From contig JBEKII010000002.1 in NCBI GenBank assembly GCA_050011835.1, positions 8,086-72,085 on the forward strand: 64,000 nt of DNA, in the 5' to 3' direction. The notes under the pieces are model-generated. The model saw only the letters and a list, made by a program, of their open reading frames with translations. It was not told where the DNA came from and made no database searches. The position numbers and the translations under genes were made by a program. Of this stretch, positions 28,175 through 37,686 are shown in pieces (the first letter of the stretch is position 1; each line of letters opens with the position of its first letter). This DNA comes from Minisyncoccia bacterium. GTDB lineage: Bacteria; Patescibacteriota; Minisyncoccia; Phycocordibacterales; Phycocordibacteraceae.

Positions 28175-29026
28175 ATGAAAACATACAAGCCCGTTACCAA
28201 AAGCCGCCGCTTTATGACCACATTGCCGTACCGAGAACTCCTCTCGGGCGATGCCCCGCACAAGTCGTTGCTGAAGAAGAGCAAGAGTCACAGCGGCAGA
28301 AATGCTTTCGGACGCATTACCACGCGCCATCAGGGCGGCGGGCACAAGCGCCGTTTCCGCGCCATCGATTTTTCTTACGATAAGAAAAATATTCCTGCGA
28401 AGATTGAAACCGTTGAATATGACCCGTTTCGTTCCGCCTTCATCGGGCTTGCGCTCTATAGGGATGGCGAGCGTCGCTATGTCATTGTGCCTAAAGAAAT
28501 GAAAGTCGGAAGTTCATTTATCGTCGGGGAGAACGCGCCGCTCACTCCGGGCAATCGTCTTCCGTTCGGTAAAATTCCAGTCGGTATGTTTGTGTATAAT
28601 ATTGAACTTTTTCCTGGAGCGGGCGCAGCGCTTGTCCGCGGCGCGGGCGATTTCGCCGAAGTGGTCGCGCATGATGCCGGCTACGCGCACGTGCGGCTTC
28701 CTTCAACCGAGATTCGCAAGGTATCCGACCTCTGCTACGCATCTATCGGCGCCGTCGGCAACGAGGAATATAACCTCGTTGTTGTCGGAAAAGCCGGACG
28801 CAGTCGTTGGCTCGGTATTCGTCCGACAGTCCGCGGCACGGCAATGAACCCTGTTGACCATCCGTATGGAGGTGGCGAAGGCAAACAAGGTCGCGGCATC
28901 AAGCGCGCCAAGACCGCATGGGGCAAGCCCTCCGGTAAAGGACAGAAAACACGCACGCCGAAGAAATATTCCAACGTCTTCATCGTCTCCCGCCGCAAGG
29001 TGGGCAGCAAGCGCAAGAGCGCATAG
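28175..29026 (+). CDS. rplB: 50S ribosomal protein L2
   Basis: GRNAFGRITTRHQGGGHKRRFR; C-terminal GGGEGKQG... Confidence 0.95.
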   Translation: MKTYKPVTKSRRFMTTLPYRELLSGDAPHKSLLKKSKSHSGRNAFGRITTRHQGGGHKRRFRAIDFSYDKKNIPAKIETVEYDPFRSAFIGLALYRDGERRYVIVPKEMKVGSSFIVGENAPLTPGNRLPFGKIPVGMFVYNIELFPGAGAALVRGAGDFAEVVAHDAGYAHVRLPSTEIRKVSDLCYASIGAVGNEEYNLVVVGKAGRSRWLGIRPTVRGTAMNPVDHPYGGGEGKQGRGIKRAKTAWGKPSGKGQKTRTPKKYSNVFIVSRRKVGSKRKSA

Positions 29027-29096
29027 TTTTATTGACGATTGATTACTATTACTGTACATTTCACTTATCCCGCAGCGCGGGCTTTTCATTGCTTAC

Positions 29097-29447
29097 ATGT
29101 CACGCTCACTTAAGAAAGGACCCTTCGTGGACGCCAAGCTCTTGAAGAAGGTCTTAAGAAAGAAACCGACGTCGGCCGGAGCGATAAACACGTGGGCGCG
29201 CCGCAGTCAGATAAGCCCGGAAATGATCGGTTTTACCTTTGGTGTTCATAACGGCAAACAGCATCTGGAAGTTCTCGTTTCCGAAGAAATGGTGGGACAT
29301 CGCCTTGGCGAATTCTCTCCTACCAAGAAATTCATCCGTCACGGCGGTAGGATGCAAAAAGAGATGGAAATGAAGAAACAGGAAGCCGAGATTGCCGCCG
29401 CGCAATCCGCGAAAGCGCCTGTTGCCGCCGCGCCCGATAAGAAATAA
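29097..29447 (+). CDS. rpsS: 30S ribosomal protein S19, with a ~25-aa C-terminal extension
   Basis: [18 protein letters not shown]...[10 protein letters not shown]. Confidence 0.95.
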   Translation: MSRSLKKGPFVDAKLLKKVLRKKPTSAGAINTWARRSQISPEMIGFTFGVHNGKQHLEVLVSEEMVGHRLGEFSPTKKFIRHGGRMQKEMEMKKQEAEIAAAQSAKAPVAAAPDKK

Positions 29448-29449
29448 TT

Positions 29450-29770
29450 ATGTCGCGGGCAATTCTCAAAAGTCATAATCAGACGCCGCGCAAACTTCGC
29501 TTGGTCGCTAACCTTGTAAAAGGAAAGAAAATTCCGACCGCACTCGCGGCGCTCCAGTTCCTCCCTAAACGCGCCGCGGAGCCCGTTGCGAAACTCATTA
29601 AAAGCGCGGCGGCTAATGCAAAAGGGCGTGGCGAGAATGTTGATGACCTGATTGTGCGGTCGATTACTGTGGAAAGCGCCGGGATGACAAAACGCTATAT
29701 GCCGCGCGCCTTCGGCCGTGCGGCGCCCATTCGTCGTCGGAAGAGTCGTATAAAAGTGACGCTTGCATAA
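29450..29770 (+). CDS. rplV: 50S ribosomal protein L22
   Basis: Position in the operon and the typical L22 basic composition (KLRLVANLVKGKKIPTALAALQF). Confidence 0.9.
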   Translation: MSRAILKSHNQTPRKLRLVANLVKGKKIPTALAALQFLPKRAAEPVAKLIKSAAANAKGRGENVDDLIVRSITVESAGMTKRYMPRAFGRAAPIRRRKSRIKVTLA

Positions 29771-29775
29771 ATGCT

Positions 29776-30474
29776 ATGACTCATACCGTACATCCGTATG
29801 CGCATCGTCTCGGTATCATTCGGGACTGGAAAAGTCGTTGGTTCGCCGGCGACAAAAAAAGCTACCGCGAAAATATTAAAGTTGACGAAACAATTCGTCG
29901 TTTCCTCGCCAAGCGCCTGCGCGGCACGTATACGAGCGGCATTGAAATTGAACGTTCGGCGAGCACGCTCCGCGTTGTCCTCGCGACTGCGCGCCCGGGA
30001 GTCGTCATCGGGCGTTCCGGCGAGAACGCGGCGAAGTTGCGCAAGGAACTTTCTGAAACGATACGCGCCGTAGCACCCGACGACCGCCGCGCGCTCAAGT
30101 TTGACATCGTAGAAATGCGCCAGCCAGAAACGAACGCATCCGTCGTCGCGTATATGGTCGCGGAAGGGCTTGAAAAGCGAATGCCGTTCCGTCGCGTGCT
30201 GAAACAGACGGTTGAAAAAGTCATCGCGGCGCGCGAAGTTGAAGGCGTGCGCATCACAATTTCTGGTCGCCTCGGCGGCGCAGAAATGAGTCGCAAGGAA
30301 GAGCTCAAAAAAGGTCGCATTCCACTCCAGACGTTCCGCGCGGATATTGACTTCGCGCAGGAGGAGGCGCACTTGCCGTATGGCGTTATCGGCATCAAGG
30401 TGTGGATTTTCCGAGGGAATGTCTATCAGGATAAGAAGACGCCCGTACGCCTCTCTGCACAGGCAGGCGGCTAA
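29776..30474 (+). CDS. rpsC: 30S ribosomal protein S3
   Basis: VHPYAHRLGIIRDWKSRWF start, KH domain, and C-terminal GRLGGAEMSR. Confidence 0.95.
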   Translation: MTHTVHPYAHRLGIIRDWKSRWFAGDKKSYRENIKVDETIRRFLAKRLRGTYTSGIEIERSASTLRVVLATARPGVVIGRSGENAAKLRKELSETIRAVAPDDRRALKFDIVEMRQPETNASVVAYMVAEGLEKRMPFRRVLKQTVEKVIAAREVEGVRITISGRLGGAEMSRKEELKKGRIPLQTFRADIDFAQEEAHLPYGVIGIKVWIFRGNVYQDKKTPVRLSAQAGG

Positions 30475-30484
30475 TATTTTATAT

Positions 30485-30907
30485 ATGTTGTTCCCCAAAA
30501 AAGTAAAACATCGCAAGTGGCAGACCGGACGCAAGAGCGAAGAGCGTCGCGCACGGCCGGATACGCGCGGCACTACTATCGTATTCGGTTCCGTAGCGCT
30601 CAAGGCGCTTTCAAGTGCACGGATGACAAGCAATCAAATAGAAGCCGCGCGCAAAGTGCTTACTCGCGCAACGACGAAAACAGGGAAGCTCTGGATACGC
30701 ATTTTCCCTGACCGTCCGGTGACCGCTAAGCCAGCTGAACTGGGCATGGGGGGAGGCAAGGGTGACCCGAAACATTATGTCTTTGAAGTGCGCCCGGGCC
30801 GCATACTCTTTGAGTATGATGGTGTGCCTAAAGATATTGCGCGCGCATATCTGCGACAGGCGGGAATGAAACTGCCAGTCAAGACATCGGTCGTTACGAG
30901 TCGTTAA
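30485..30907 (+). CDS. rplP: 50S ribosomal protein L16
   Basis: Start refined to MLFPKKVKHRKWQTGR, the canonical L16 N-terminus. Confidence 0.93.
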   Translation: MLFPKKVKHRKWQTGRKSEERRARPDTRGTTIVFGSVALKALSSARMTSNQIEAARKVLTRATTKTGKLWIRIFPDRPVTAKPAELGMGGGKGDPKHYVFEVRPGRILFEYDGVPKDIARAYLRQAGMKLPVKTSVVTSR

Positions 30908-30931
30908 ACTGTCCACTTCTTATTCTTTCTT

Positions 30932-31147
30932 ATGACAAAAAAAGATACGATGACGACGAAGACCGATTCGGAGCTCACAAAGCTCCTCGCTGATACGCGC
31001 GCGGCGCTACGTACCGAGCGTTTTGCCGCTGCCGGCGCACGTCCTAAGGAATCAAATGCCCCGCGGAAATTTCGCGCGACGATTGCACGTATACTTACCG
31101 AGCAATCTGCCAGAAGCAGGTCCGCCTCCGGCGGGCATGCTGCATAG
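30932..31147 (+). CDS. rpmC: 50S ribosomal protein L29
   Basis: Small helical protein at the canonical position (ELTKLLADTRAALRTERF). Confidence 0.85.
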   Translation: MTKKDTMTTKTDSELTKLLADTRAALRTERFAAAGARPKESNAPRKFRATIARILTEQSARSRSASGGHAA

Positions 31148-31150
31148 CAT

Positions 31151-31423
31151 ATGAAACAGAACATTTACCATCCTCAAACATTTATCGGCGTCGTTATGAA
31201 AACGGCGATGAAAGATACCGCCACGGTTCGTGTCGACCGTTATGTGAAGAATGCAAAATATAAAAAGTATTTCATACGTTCAAAAAAATATCTCGTGCAT
31301 GACCTTGGAAACACTGCAAAAGTTGGTGACACAGTTACTATTATGGCTACGCGTCCAATTTCGAAGCAGAAACATTTTAAGATCGTGTCGTCCGCAGTTC
31401 GGAGTCCGGAGTCTGGAACCTAG
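31151..31423 (+). CDS. rpsQ: 30S ribosomal protein S17
   Basis: GVVMKTAMKDTATVRVDRYVKNAKYKKY... Confidence 0.93.
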   Translation: MKQNIYHPQTFIGVVMKTAMKDTATVRVDRYVKNAKYKKYFIRSKKYLVHDLGNTAKVGDTVTIMATRPISKQKHFKIVSSAVRSPESGT

Positions 31424-31427
31424 AGTT

Positions 31428-31805
31428 ATGTTACAGCCCCGATCCATCGTAATGATTGCAGATAATTCCGGCGGCAAGGTCGCGCGGATTTTTAAAGTGC
31501 TTGGCGGTTCGCGTCGTCGGTATGCGCGCATTGGCGATATTGTCGTCATTTCCGTCCAAACCGCCGAGCCGCGCAAGGCGGTAAAAAAGAAGGATATTTA
31601 CCGCGCGGTCGTAGTGCGTCAGACCAAACCCTTTGCGCGCAGGGATGGCTCTCACATTCGTTTTGACGAGAACGCGGTTGTGCTCATTGAAAAGCAGGGG
31701 AAAGAAATGGTCCCAAAAGGAAATCGCATTTTCGGCCCCGTGCCGCGGGAACTCTCTGAACGCGGATGGCATTCTATCGTGTCACTTGCGCCCGAAGTCG
31801 TGTAA
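31428..31805 (+). CDS. rplN: 50S ribosomal protein L14
   Basis: Start refined to MLQPRSIVMIADNSGGKVARI, the canonical L14 sequence. Confidence 0.93.
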   Translation: MLQPRSIVMIADNSGGKVARIFKVLGGSRRRYARIGDIVVISVQTAEPRKAVKKKDIYRAVVVRQTKPFARRDGSHIRFDENAVVLIEKQGKEMVPKGNRIFGPVPRELSERGWHSIVSLAPEVV

Positions 31806-31814
31806 TTTTTCTAT

Positions 31815-32072
31815 ATGAAAATAAAAAAAGGAGACAAGGTGACGGTAATTTCAGGCAAGGACAAAGGGAAATCTGGCGTCGTAGTACGCGCCTTGCCCCG
31901 AGAGAATGCGGTTATTGTTGAAGGAGTTGCGCTTTATAAGCGACATTTAAAAGGTAAGGCAGGGAAGGTCGGACGCATCATTGAGCGTTCGCGGTCGATA
32001 GATGTTTCAAATGTGAAGCACGTAGAGTCCGCCGAATCCACGAAGAAAGAATCCCTTTTCAACGTAAAATAA
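31815..32072 (+). CDS. rplX: 50S ribosomal protein L24
   Basis: [24 protein letters not shown] motif. Confidence 0.93.
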   Translation: MKIKKGDKVTVISGKDKGKSGVVVRALPRENAVIVEGVALYKRHLKGKAGKVGRIIERSRSIDVSNVKHVESAESTKKESLFNVK

Positions 32073-32074
32073 AT

Positions 32075-32626
32075 ATGTCCATTACCAAACAAAAACAGCA
32101 GACCGCTTATCTCGCGCTCTTAGAGACGTTTGGCTACACGAGTCCGATGCAGAGTCCGCGTATTGAGAAAGTCATTGTCTCTTCGGGCGTCGGCAAGAAA
32201 CGCGATAAAAAACAATTGGAACTCATTGAAGACCGTCTCGCGAGAATCACTGGGCAGAAACCAGCGCCGCGTGCCGCAAAAATCTCCATCGCCTCGTTTA
32301 AGGTACGCGCAGGCGATACAGTTGGCCTCCAAGTAACGCTACGCGGCGCGCGCATGTTTGATTTCTTGGACAAGCTTATTCATATCGCGCTCCCTCGCAC
32401 ACGCGACTTTCGCGGTGTCCCTGCAAAAGCAATTGACGATATGGGGAATCTCACTATCGGTATCCGCGAGCACACCATTTTCCCCGAGACATCCGATGAA
32501 GATTTGAAAGATGTGTTCGGCCTTGCGATCACTATCGTCACCACGGCGAAAACCCACGTCGAAGCCGAGGCGTTCTTCCGTCATATCGGCATGCCGCTTA
32601 TCGTTGACTCAGGCGTAAAACATTGA
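32075..32626 (+). CDS. rplE: 50S ribosomal protein L5
   Basis: Operon position; conserved GMPLIVD... and [14 protein letters not shown]. Confidence 0.93.
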   Translation: MSITKQKQQTAYLALLETFGYTSPMQSPRIEKVIVSSGVGKKRDKKQLELIEDRLARITGQKPAPRAAKISIASFKVRAGDTVGLQVTLRGARMFDFLDKLIHIALPRTRDFRGVPAKAIDDMGNLTIGIREHTIFPETSDEDLKDVFGLAITIVTTAKTHVEAEAFFRHIGMPLIVDSGVKH

Positions 32627-32664
32627 TACTCTGGAAATACGCTCTTCGGAGCCATTATTTTTTC

Positions 32665-32934
32665 ATGGCAAAAAAATCCCAGTTAGCGAGATATGCGAAG
32701 AAGCAGAAACTCGTGAAAAAGTACGCGGCCAAGCGTGCGGCCTTGAAGCTGGCCGGCGACTCCGAAGGCCTCCAAAAACTCCCGAGAAATTCTTCACCGG
32801 TGCGGCTGAAGAATCGTTGCGCCATTACTGGCCGCTCGCGCGGCTATATGCGTACCTTCGGTCTCTCACGCATCCAGTTCAGAGAGCTCGCGCTTGAAGG
32901 GAAGATTCCGGGCGTTAAGAAAGCTTCATGGTAA
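32665..32934 (+). CDS. rpsN: 30S ribosomal protein S14
   Basis: Start refined to [10 protein letters not shown]-terminal [26 protein letters not shown]. No CxxC zinc motif, so this is the long, non-Zn type. Confidence 0.9.
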   Translation: MAKKSQLARYAKKQKLVKKYAAKRAALKLAGDSEGLQKLPRNSSPVRLKNRCAITGRSRGYMRTFGLSRIQFRELALEGKIPGVKKASW

Positions 32935-33332
32935 CTGACCGCGTCGGCGATTTCATTATTCGTCTTCAGAATGCCGCGCTCATCGGTAAGTGCGAAGTAG
33001 TGATGCCGTATTCGGCGCATCTCGTCGCCATCGCGAAAAAACTCAAAGAACTCGGTTTCGTTTCCGCGATAGAAGTGCAAACAAAAGAAGAAAATGACGT
33101 CAAAAAGACTATCGTTGTGACACTTTCCTACGACGAGCACGGGCAGGCGCGTTTGCGCGGTGTGAAGCGCGTCAGCAAGCCCGGTCGACGGCTCTACGCT
33201 CCGCATACTGCCGCGCATCGGGTAAAAGGCGGCACAGGTGCGCGCATTTTGTCGTCCTCGTTCGGCATCATCTCGGATGCAGAAGCACGCCAGAAACGGG
33301 TCGGCGGCGAAGAGCTTTTTGAAATTTGGTAG
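32928..33332 (+). CDS. rpsH: 30S ribosomal protein S8
   Basis: [13 protein letters not shown]... canonical S8. Confidence 0.93.
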   Translation: MVTDRVGDFIIRLQNAALIGKCEVVMPYSAHLVAIAKKLKELGFVSAIEVQTKEENDVKKTIVVTLSYDEHGQARLRGVKRVSKPGRRLYAPHTAAHRVKGGTGARILSSSFGIISDAEARQKRVGGEELFEIW

Positions 33333-33355
33333 CTCAATATAATAAATATCTCACC

Positions 33356-33886
33356 ATGAGCCGACTCGCAGGAAAACCGATAGCAGTGGGAAAGACCGAT
33401 GTCTCGGTTGCAAACGGTACGTTGACCGTGAAGGGCACGAAGGGCACGCTCACGAAGCGCATACACCCTTCTATCACGATAACAATGAATAAGGATGGTG
33501 CCATGATTGCGCCGAAAGACCGTTCCCGTCTCGCGAAGGCGCTTACGGGCACGTTCGCATCGCACGTGAGAAATATGGTACGAGGTGTTGAAACCCCATA
33601 TATAATCAAACTTATCTTGGAAGGCGTCGGCTACCGTGTTGAAGTCAAAGGGAGTGAGGTCGTCCTCACGGTCGGCTTCTCGCACACCGTTCCGCTCGCG
33701 ATACCGAAGGACGTTTCTGTGAAAACAGAGAAGAACGTCATCATGCTTGAGAGCGCGAACAAAGAATCGGTCGGACAGTTCGCGGCAAACATTCGGCGCA
33801 TAAAACCACCGGAGCCGTACCTTGGCAAGGGCATCCGCTATGAGGGCGAAGTCGTTCGTCGCAAACAGGGCAAAAAAGCCATTTAA
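33356..33886 (+). CDS. rplF: 50S ribosomal protein L6
   Basis: Start refined to MSRLAGKPIAV. Two-domain L6 (KGTKGTL..., EGVGYRVEVKG). Confidence 0.93.
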   Translation: MSRLAGKPIAVGKTDVSVANGTLTVKGTKGTLTKRIHPSITITMNKDGAMIAPKDRSRLAKALTGTFASHVRNMVRGVETPYIIKLILEGVGYRVEVKGSEVVLTVGFSHTVPLAIPKDVSVKTEKNVIMLESANKESVGQFAANIRRIKPPEPYLGKGIRYEGEVVRRKQGKKAI

Positions 33887-33892
33887 TCATCT

Positions 33893-34243
33893 ATGAACCA
33901 TAAACCTGTAACAAACAAAGAACTTCGTGAACGCCGCCACCAGCGTGTCAGGGCTATTGTGAAAGGCACGGCGTTGCGTCCGCGCCTCACCGTTTACAGG
34001 AGCAATCGTTTTGTTTCCGCGCAACTTGTTGACGATATCGCAGGGAAAACAATTGCCTCTGCACACGGACGTGAGTTCAAGGGACCACAATCAACGCAGG
34101 CGAAAGCTGTCGGCGAAGCGATTGCGAAGGCGGCCAAGACGGCCGGAATTACCTCAATTGTCTTTGACCGTGGCGGCTACCGCTACGGCGGGCAAGTGAA
34201 AACGCTCGCGGACGCGGCGCGCGAGGGCGGTCTCATTTTTTAA
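33893..34243 (+). CDS. rplR: 50S ribosomal protein L18
   Basis: RLTVYRSNRFVSAQLVDD...FDRGGYRYGG. Confidence 0.93.
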   Translation: MNHKPVTNKELRERRHQRVRAIVKGTALRPRLTVYRSNRFVSAQLVDDIAGKTIASAHGREFKGPQSTQAKAVGEAIAKAAKTAGITSIVFDRGGYRYGGQVKTLADAAREGGLIF

Positions 34244-34248
34244 ATATT

Positions 34249-34893
34249 ATGGCTGTACCGAAGGGACCGGAAATCATACAAGAAGAGGAGAGCGTTGCGC
34301 CCGAGCTTGTTGAGATTGAACCGGCGGGAACGGCAGCTACTGTGCGTGTTCCGAATGCGCGCACCGGCGGCCGCAGCTCGCGTGGGCGTGGTTCGCGCTC
34401 TGGCGGCCGCGCGCGACCGCCGCGCGAGCGCGGGGAGTTTGACCAAGTCACGATTGATGCGCGGCGCGTCGCGCGTGTGATGGCGGGCGGGCGACGCTTC
34501 AACTTTAGTTTGGTGGTTGTTATCGGCGATCGGAAGGGCCGCGTGGGCGTCGGTCTGGGGAAGGGCGCTGATACCGCGCTTGCCATAGACAAAGCGACGC
34601 GAGACGCGAAAAGGCATCTCTTTACCGTTCCGCGCACTTCTTCTCATTCAATTCCGCACAACGTCGCGGCAAAATATGCTTCTTCAATGGTTGAGATTAT
34701 CCCTTCTCCGGGTCGCGGTCTCGTTGCCGGTTCGGCAGTACGAACCGTGCTTGACCTCGCGGGCGTGACTGACGTCGTGACTAAAATTCATACGCGTTCA
34801 AAGAATAAACTCACCATTGCGCGTGCGACGGTCGCGGCCCTGAAGCAATTGTCTGCCGGAGACAAGCCCGTCTCTGGCGAGCGTTCGCAATAA
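34249..34893 (+). CDS. rpsE: 30S ribosomal protein S5, with a ~55-aa Arg/Gly-rich N-terminal extension
   Basis: RVMAGGRRFNFSLVVVIGDRKGRVGVGLGKGAD is the dsRBD of S5. rplO follows directly with no rpmD in between. Confidence 0.93.
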   Translation: MAVPKGPEIIQEEESVAPELVEIEPAGTAATVRVPNARTGGRSSRGRGSRSGGRARPPRERGEFDQVTIDARRVARVMAGGRRFNFSLVVVIGDRKGRVGVGLGKGADTALAIDKATRDAKRHLFTVPRTSSHSIPHNVAAKYASSMVEIIPSPGRGLVAGSAVRTVLDLAGVTDVVTKIHTRSKNKLTIARATVAALKQLSAGDKPVSGERSQ

Positions 34894-34900
34894 TACTCGT

Positions 34901-35353
34901 ATGCAACTTAACTCACTTGCGCCTCGCATAAAAAATAGGAAGCCCGAACCGGTCGGACGCGGCGGGAAGCGCGGCAAAACCAGCGGCCGCGGCAATAAAG
35001 GGCAATCCTCTCGCGCAGGGCATAAAATTCGTCCGGGAATGCGCGACATTATCAAGAAACTTCCGAAACTCCGCGGTCGCGGTAAGAATCGGGCGCGTTC
35101 CGTCCGAACAAATCGCTTTGCTGTTTCTGCAGTGAATCTTTCCGCGCTTGAAGCGGCATATAAAAACGGGGAGATGGTCTCGCCCGCATCGCTTACTGCA
35201 AAAGGACTTGTGCGTCGCGCGAAGGGGCGCCCGCCCGCCGTGAAGATTCTCGGTTCAGGACCTGTCGGCAGAGCGTTTCTCATTAAGGGCTGTGCGATTT
35301 CTGTCGCCGCGCGCAAGGCGCTTCTCGCCGCCGGCGGTACTATCCATGCTTAA
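34901..35353 (+). CDS. rplO: 50S ribosomal protein L15
   Basis: MQLNSLAPRIKNRKPEPVGRGGKRGKTSGRGNKGQ. Confidence 0.93.
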   Translation: MQLNSLAPRIKNRKPEPVGRGGKRGKTSGRGNKGQSSRAGHKIRPGMRDIIKKLPKLRGRGKNRARSVRTNRFAVSAVNLSALEAAYKNGEMVSPASLTAKGLVRRAKGRPPAVKILGSGPVGRAFLIKGCAISVAARKALLAAGGTIHA

Positions 35354-36620
35354 TTCTTTTATTCGCAAGGTCAAACTTTCTTTCGGAGATTCCGAGATTC
35401 GGTTTCGTATTCTTTTCCTCATGGGCGCGCTTGCGCTCTTTCGCCTTCTCGCGGCAGTTCCGATCCCAGGAGTCGACCGCGCCGCGCTCGCGTCTTTTTT
35501 CGCCAATAATCAGTTCTTCGGTCTCTTGAACATCTTTTCGGGAGGCGGGCTCTCGCGGCTCTCGATCGTGATGCTCGGCGTGGGCCCTTACATCACTTCT
35601 TCAATCATTATGCAGCTCGGCACCATCATCTTTCCGCAGGTGAAACAGGCGTACTTTGAAGAAGGCGAAGCCGGCCGCGCCAAGTTTATTCAGTGGAGTC
35701 GTCTCTTTACTATCCCGATTGCCATCTTGCAGTCCCTTGGTTTTCTGCTTTTGCTTCAGAGCCAGGGCGTTATTGCCCATCTGGGCGCGGCGGCATTCAT
35801 CACGAATATCGCGCTCGTCGCCGCAGGGTCAATGCTCCTTATGTGGCTCGGCGAGCTTGTGACTGAATTCGGTATCGGCAACGGTGTTTCGCTCATCATT
35901 CTCGCAGGCATTCTCGCTCGCATACCTTCAGGCATCTCAGAAACTCTCTTCTCCGCTACCGCAGCGAACATCCCAACCTACCTCGTCTTTATCGTTCTCG
36001 CACTTCTTATGGTCTATGCAGTTGTTGTCGTCTCTGATGCCGAACGTTCCATACCGATTGCCTATGCGCGAGCGGTGCGCGGTGCGGCGATGTCTCAAGG
36101 TGCGGCGACGTACCTCCCGATTCGCCTCCTGCAGGCGGGCGTCATTCCGATTATTTTTGCGCTTTCACTTTTGCTCTTGCCGCAAATGGCGCTCTCAATG
36201 CTTGCAGCGGCGCATATCTCTTTCGCTTCTAGCATAGCGGTGTGGTATACAACATTTCTCTCTAATCCGTGGAAGTATGGCTCGGTTTATTTCGTTCTTG
36301 TTATCCTTTTTACCTATTTCTATACCGCGGTTACTTTTGAGCCGCATCGAGTCGCAGAAAATCTTCAAAAGACAGGAGCATTCGTCCCCGGCGTGCGCCC
36401 CGGCCGCGAAACGGAAGAATACATTCACAACATCGTGAACCGCGTTACACTTCCTGGCGCCTGTTTCCTCGGCTTCCTCGCGGTCGCGCCGTCAATCATT
36501 CAAGGCCTCACCGGCATCACGACACTTGTTCTCGGCGGCACCGCCCTCCTCATCGCTGTGCAAGTCGCCCTCGATCTCGCGCAAAAAATCGATGCACAGG
36601 TTTCCCTTCGGGAATACTGA
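35346..36620 (+). CDS. secY: Preprotein translocase subunit SecY
   Basis: Start refined to MLNSFIRK. Ten TM segments, including the conserved GVGPYITSSIIMQL. Confidence 0.93.
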   Translation: MLNSFIRKVKLSFGDSEIRFRILFLMGALALFRLLAAVPIPGVDRAALASFFANNQFFGLLNIFSGGGLSRLSIVMLGVGPYITSSIIMQLGTIIFPQVKQAYFEEGEAGRAKFIQWSRLFTIPIAILQSLGFLLLLQSQGVIAHLGAAAFITNIALVAAGSMLLMWLGELVTEFGIGNGVSLIILAGILARIPSGISETLFSATAANIPTYLVFIVLALLMVYAVVVVSDAERSIPIAYARAVRGAAMSQGAATYLPIRLLQAGVIPIIFALSLLLLPQMALSMLAAAHISFASSIAVWYTTFLSNPWKYGSVYFVLVILFTYFYTAVTFEPHRVAENLQKTGAFVPGVRPGRETEEYIHNIVNRVTLPGACFLGFLAVAPSIIQGLTGITTLVLGGTALLIAVQVALDLAQKIDAQVSLREY

Positions 36621-36681
36621 CATTTGTATAAGGGTGGTATACTCTTCCCGGACGTATAAAAAAGGAAGGAGGGAAAAGGGG

Positions 36682-37029
36682 ATGGAAAAGAAAACGATAC
36701 TGGTTGTTGACGATTCTGTCGAAGTGGGAGAATTTCTTAAGGCGTCTCTTGAGGACTTCGGGTTTAAGGTAATTTTTTGTGAAGAAGGTGAACATGCCAT
36801 TGTATATCTCGCTGGAGCCGACGCACTCATCACCGACTTCAGGATGGGCGGAATGAGTGGGGTGGAACTGGCAAGGAAGGCGAAGCTTCAGAGAGAAAGT
36901 TTGCCGGTACTCATAATGACCGCCGGCAGTCTCGATGATATCCCGAAAGACCATCTTGCGAACAAAATAATCTCAAAGACATTTGATGTGGGTCCAATCC
37001 TCTTGTGGCTTCGGGAAGTAGCATCTTGA
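36682..37029 (+). CDS. Orphan single-domain response regulator (CheY-like receiver, 115 aa)
   Basis: SD AAGGAAGGAGGG upstream of ATG. Receiver signature ILVVDDS...ALITDFRMGGMSG...VLIMTAGS...K. Confidence 0.75.
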   Translation: MEKKTILVVDDSVEVGEFLKASLEDFGFKVIFCEEGEHAIVYLAGADALITDFRMGGMSGVELARKAKLQRESLPVLIMTAGSLDDIPKDHLANKIISKTFDVGPILLWLREVAS

Positions 37030-37030
37030 C

Positions 37031-37085
37031 CCTCCGGGTTCTCGCGTACATGTGTTCGTGTCACGGGAACCCGGAGGATTTTCGT
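37031..37085 (+). terminator. Long hairpin / terminator after the receiver gene
   Basis: CCTCCGGGTTC-(25 nt loop)-GAACCCGGAGG 11-bp perfect stem followed by ATTTTCGTTG. Confidence 0.5.
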
Positions 37086-37119
37086 TGCGCGGGTTTCTTT
37101 TTTGGATTAAAGTAAACAA

Positions 37120-37686
37120 ATGGAACCACACACGATATTTTTTATCGGGAAGCCGGGCTGCGGGAAGGGCGATCAAGCAAAATTGCTTTCAGAGAAAACC
37201 GGCTGGCTCGTGCTTTCATCGGGAGAACTTTTCCGCAAGATTGCAGAGGGAAACACACCGGTAGGGCATAAAGTGAAGGAAGAAAATTATACTGGAATCC
37301 TACAACCATACTGGTTCGCCACCTACCTCTTTCTAAAAGAACTTTTTTCGCTCTCAAGTGATACAAGTGTCATTTTTGACGGGTTTGCTCGCAAGATTCC
37401 CGAAGCGGAACTGGTTATTGATTCGCTTCGATGGCTCGCACGACCGTTTTCTGTTTTACACCTGAAAGTATCTGATGAAGAAATCTTGCACCGTCTCGCT
37501 CTTCGAAAAGAGATTGAGGGTCGTGCCGATGACGCGTTCGTTAATAAACGTCTTGAAGAATATCGTATGCATACTGAACCAGTGATAGAAATGTTCCGCA
37601 AGGCGGGCATGCTTTTTGAAATAGATGGTGAGCGAACGCGAGAAGCGATTGCGGAAGATATTCGCAAAGTGCTTTCTATCGAATGA
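37120..37686 (+). CDS. adk: Adenylate kinase (short form without a Zn lid)
   Basis: GKPGCGKGDQA P-loop; ...DGFARK..., LID region reduced. Confidence 0.9.
   Translation: MEPHTIFFIGKPGCGKGDQAKLLSEKTGWLVLSSGELFRKIAEGNTPVGHKVKEENYTGILQPYWFATYLFLKELFSLSSDTSVIFDGFARKIPEAELVIDSLRWLARPFSVLHLKVSDEEILHRLALRKEIEGRADDAFVNKRLEEYRMHTEPVIEMFRKAGMLFEIDGERTREAIAEDIRKVLSIE

Noticed and set aside
35292-35345. Upstream extension of the secY ORF overlapping rplO
   Set aside because: The canonical SecY N-terminus (MLNSFIRK...) begins at 35346. The extension is just an in-frame read-through of the rplO 3' end in another frame context.
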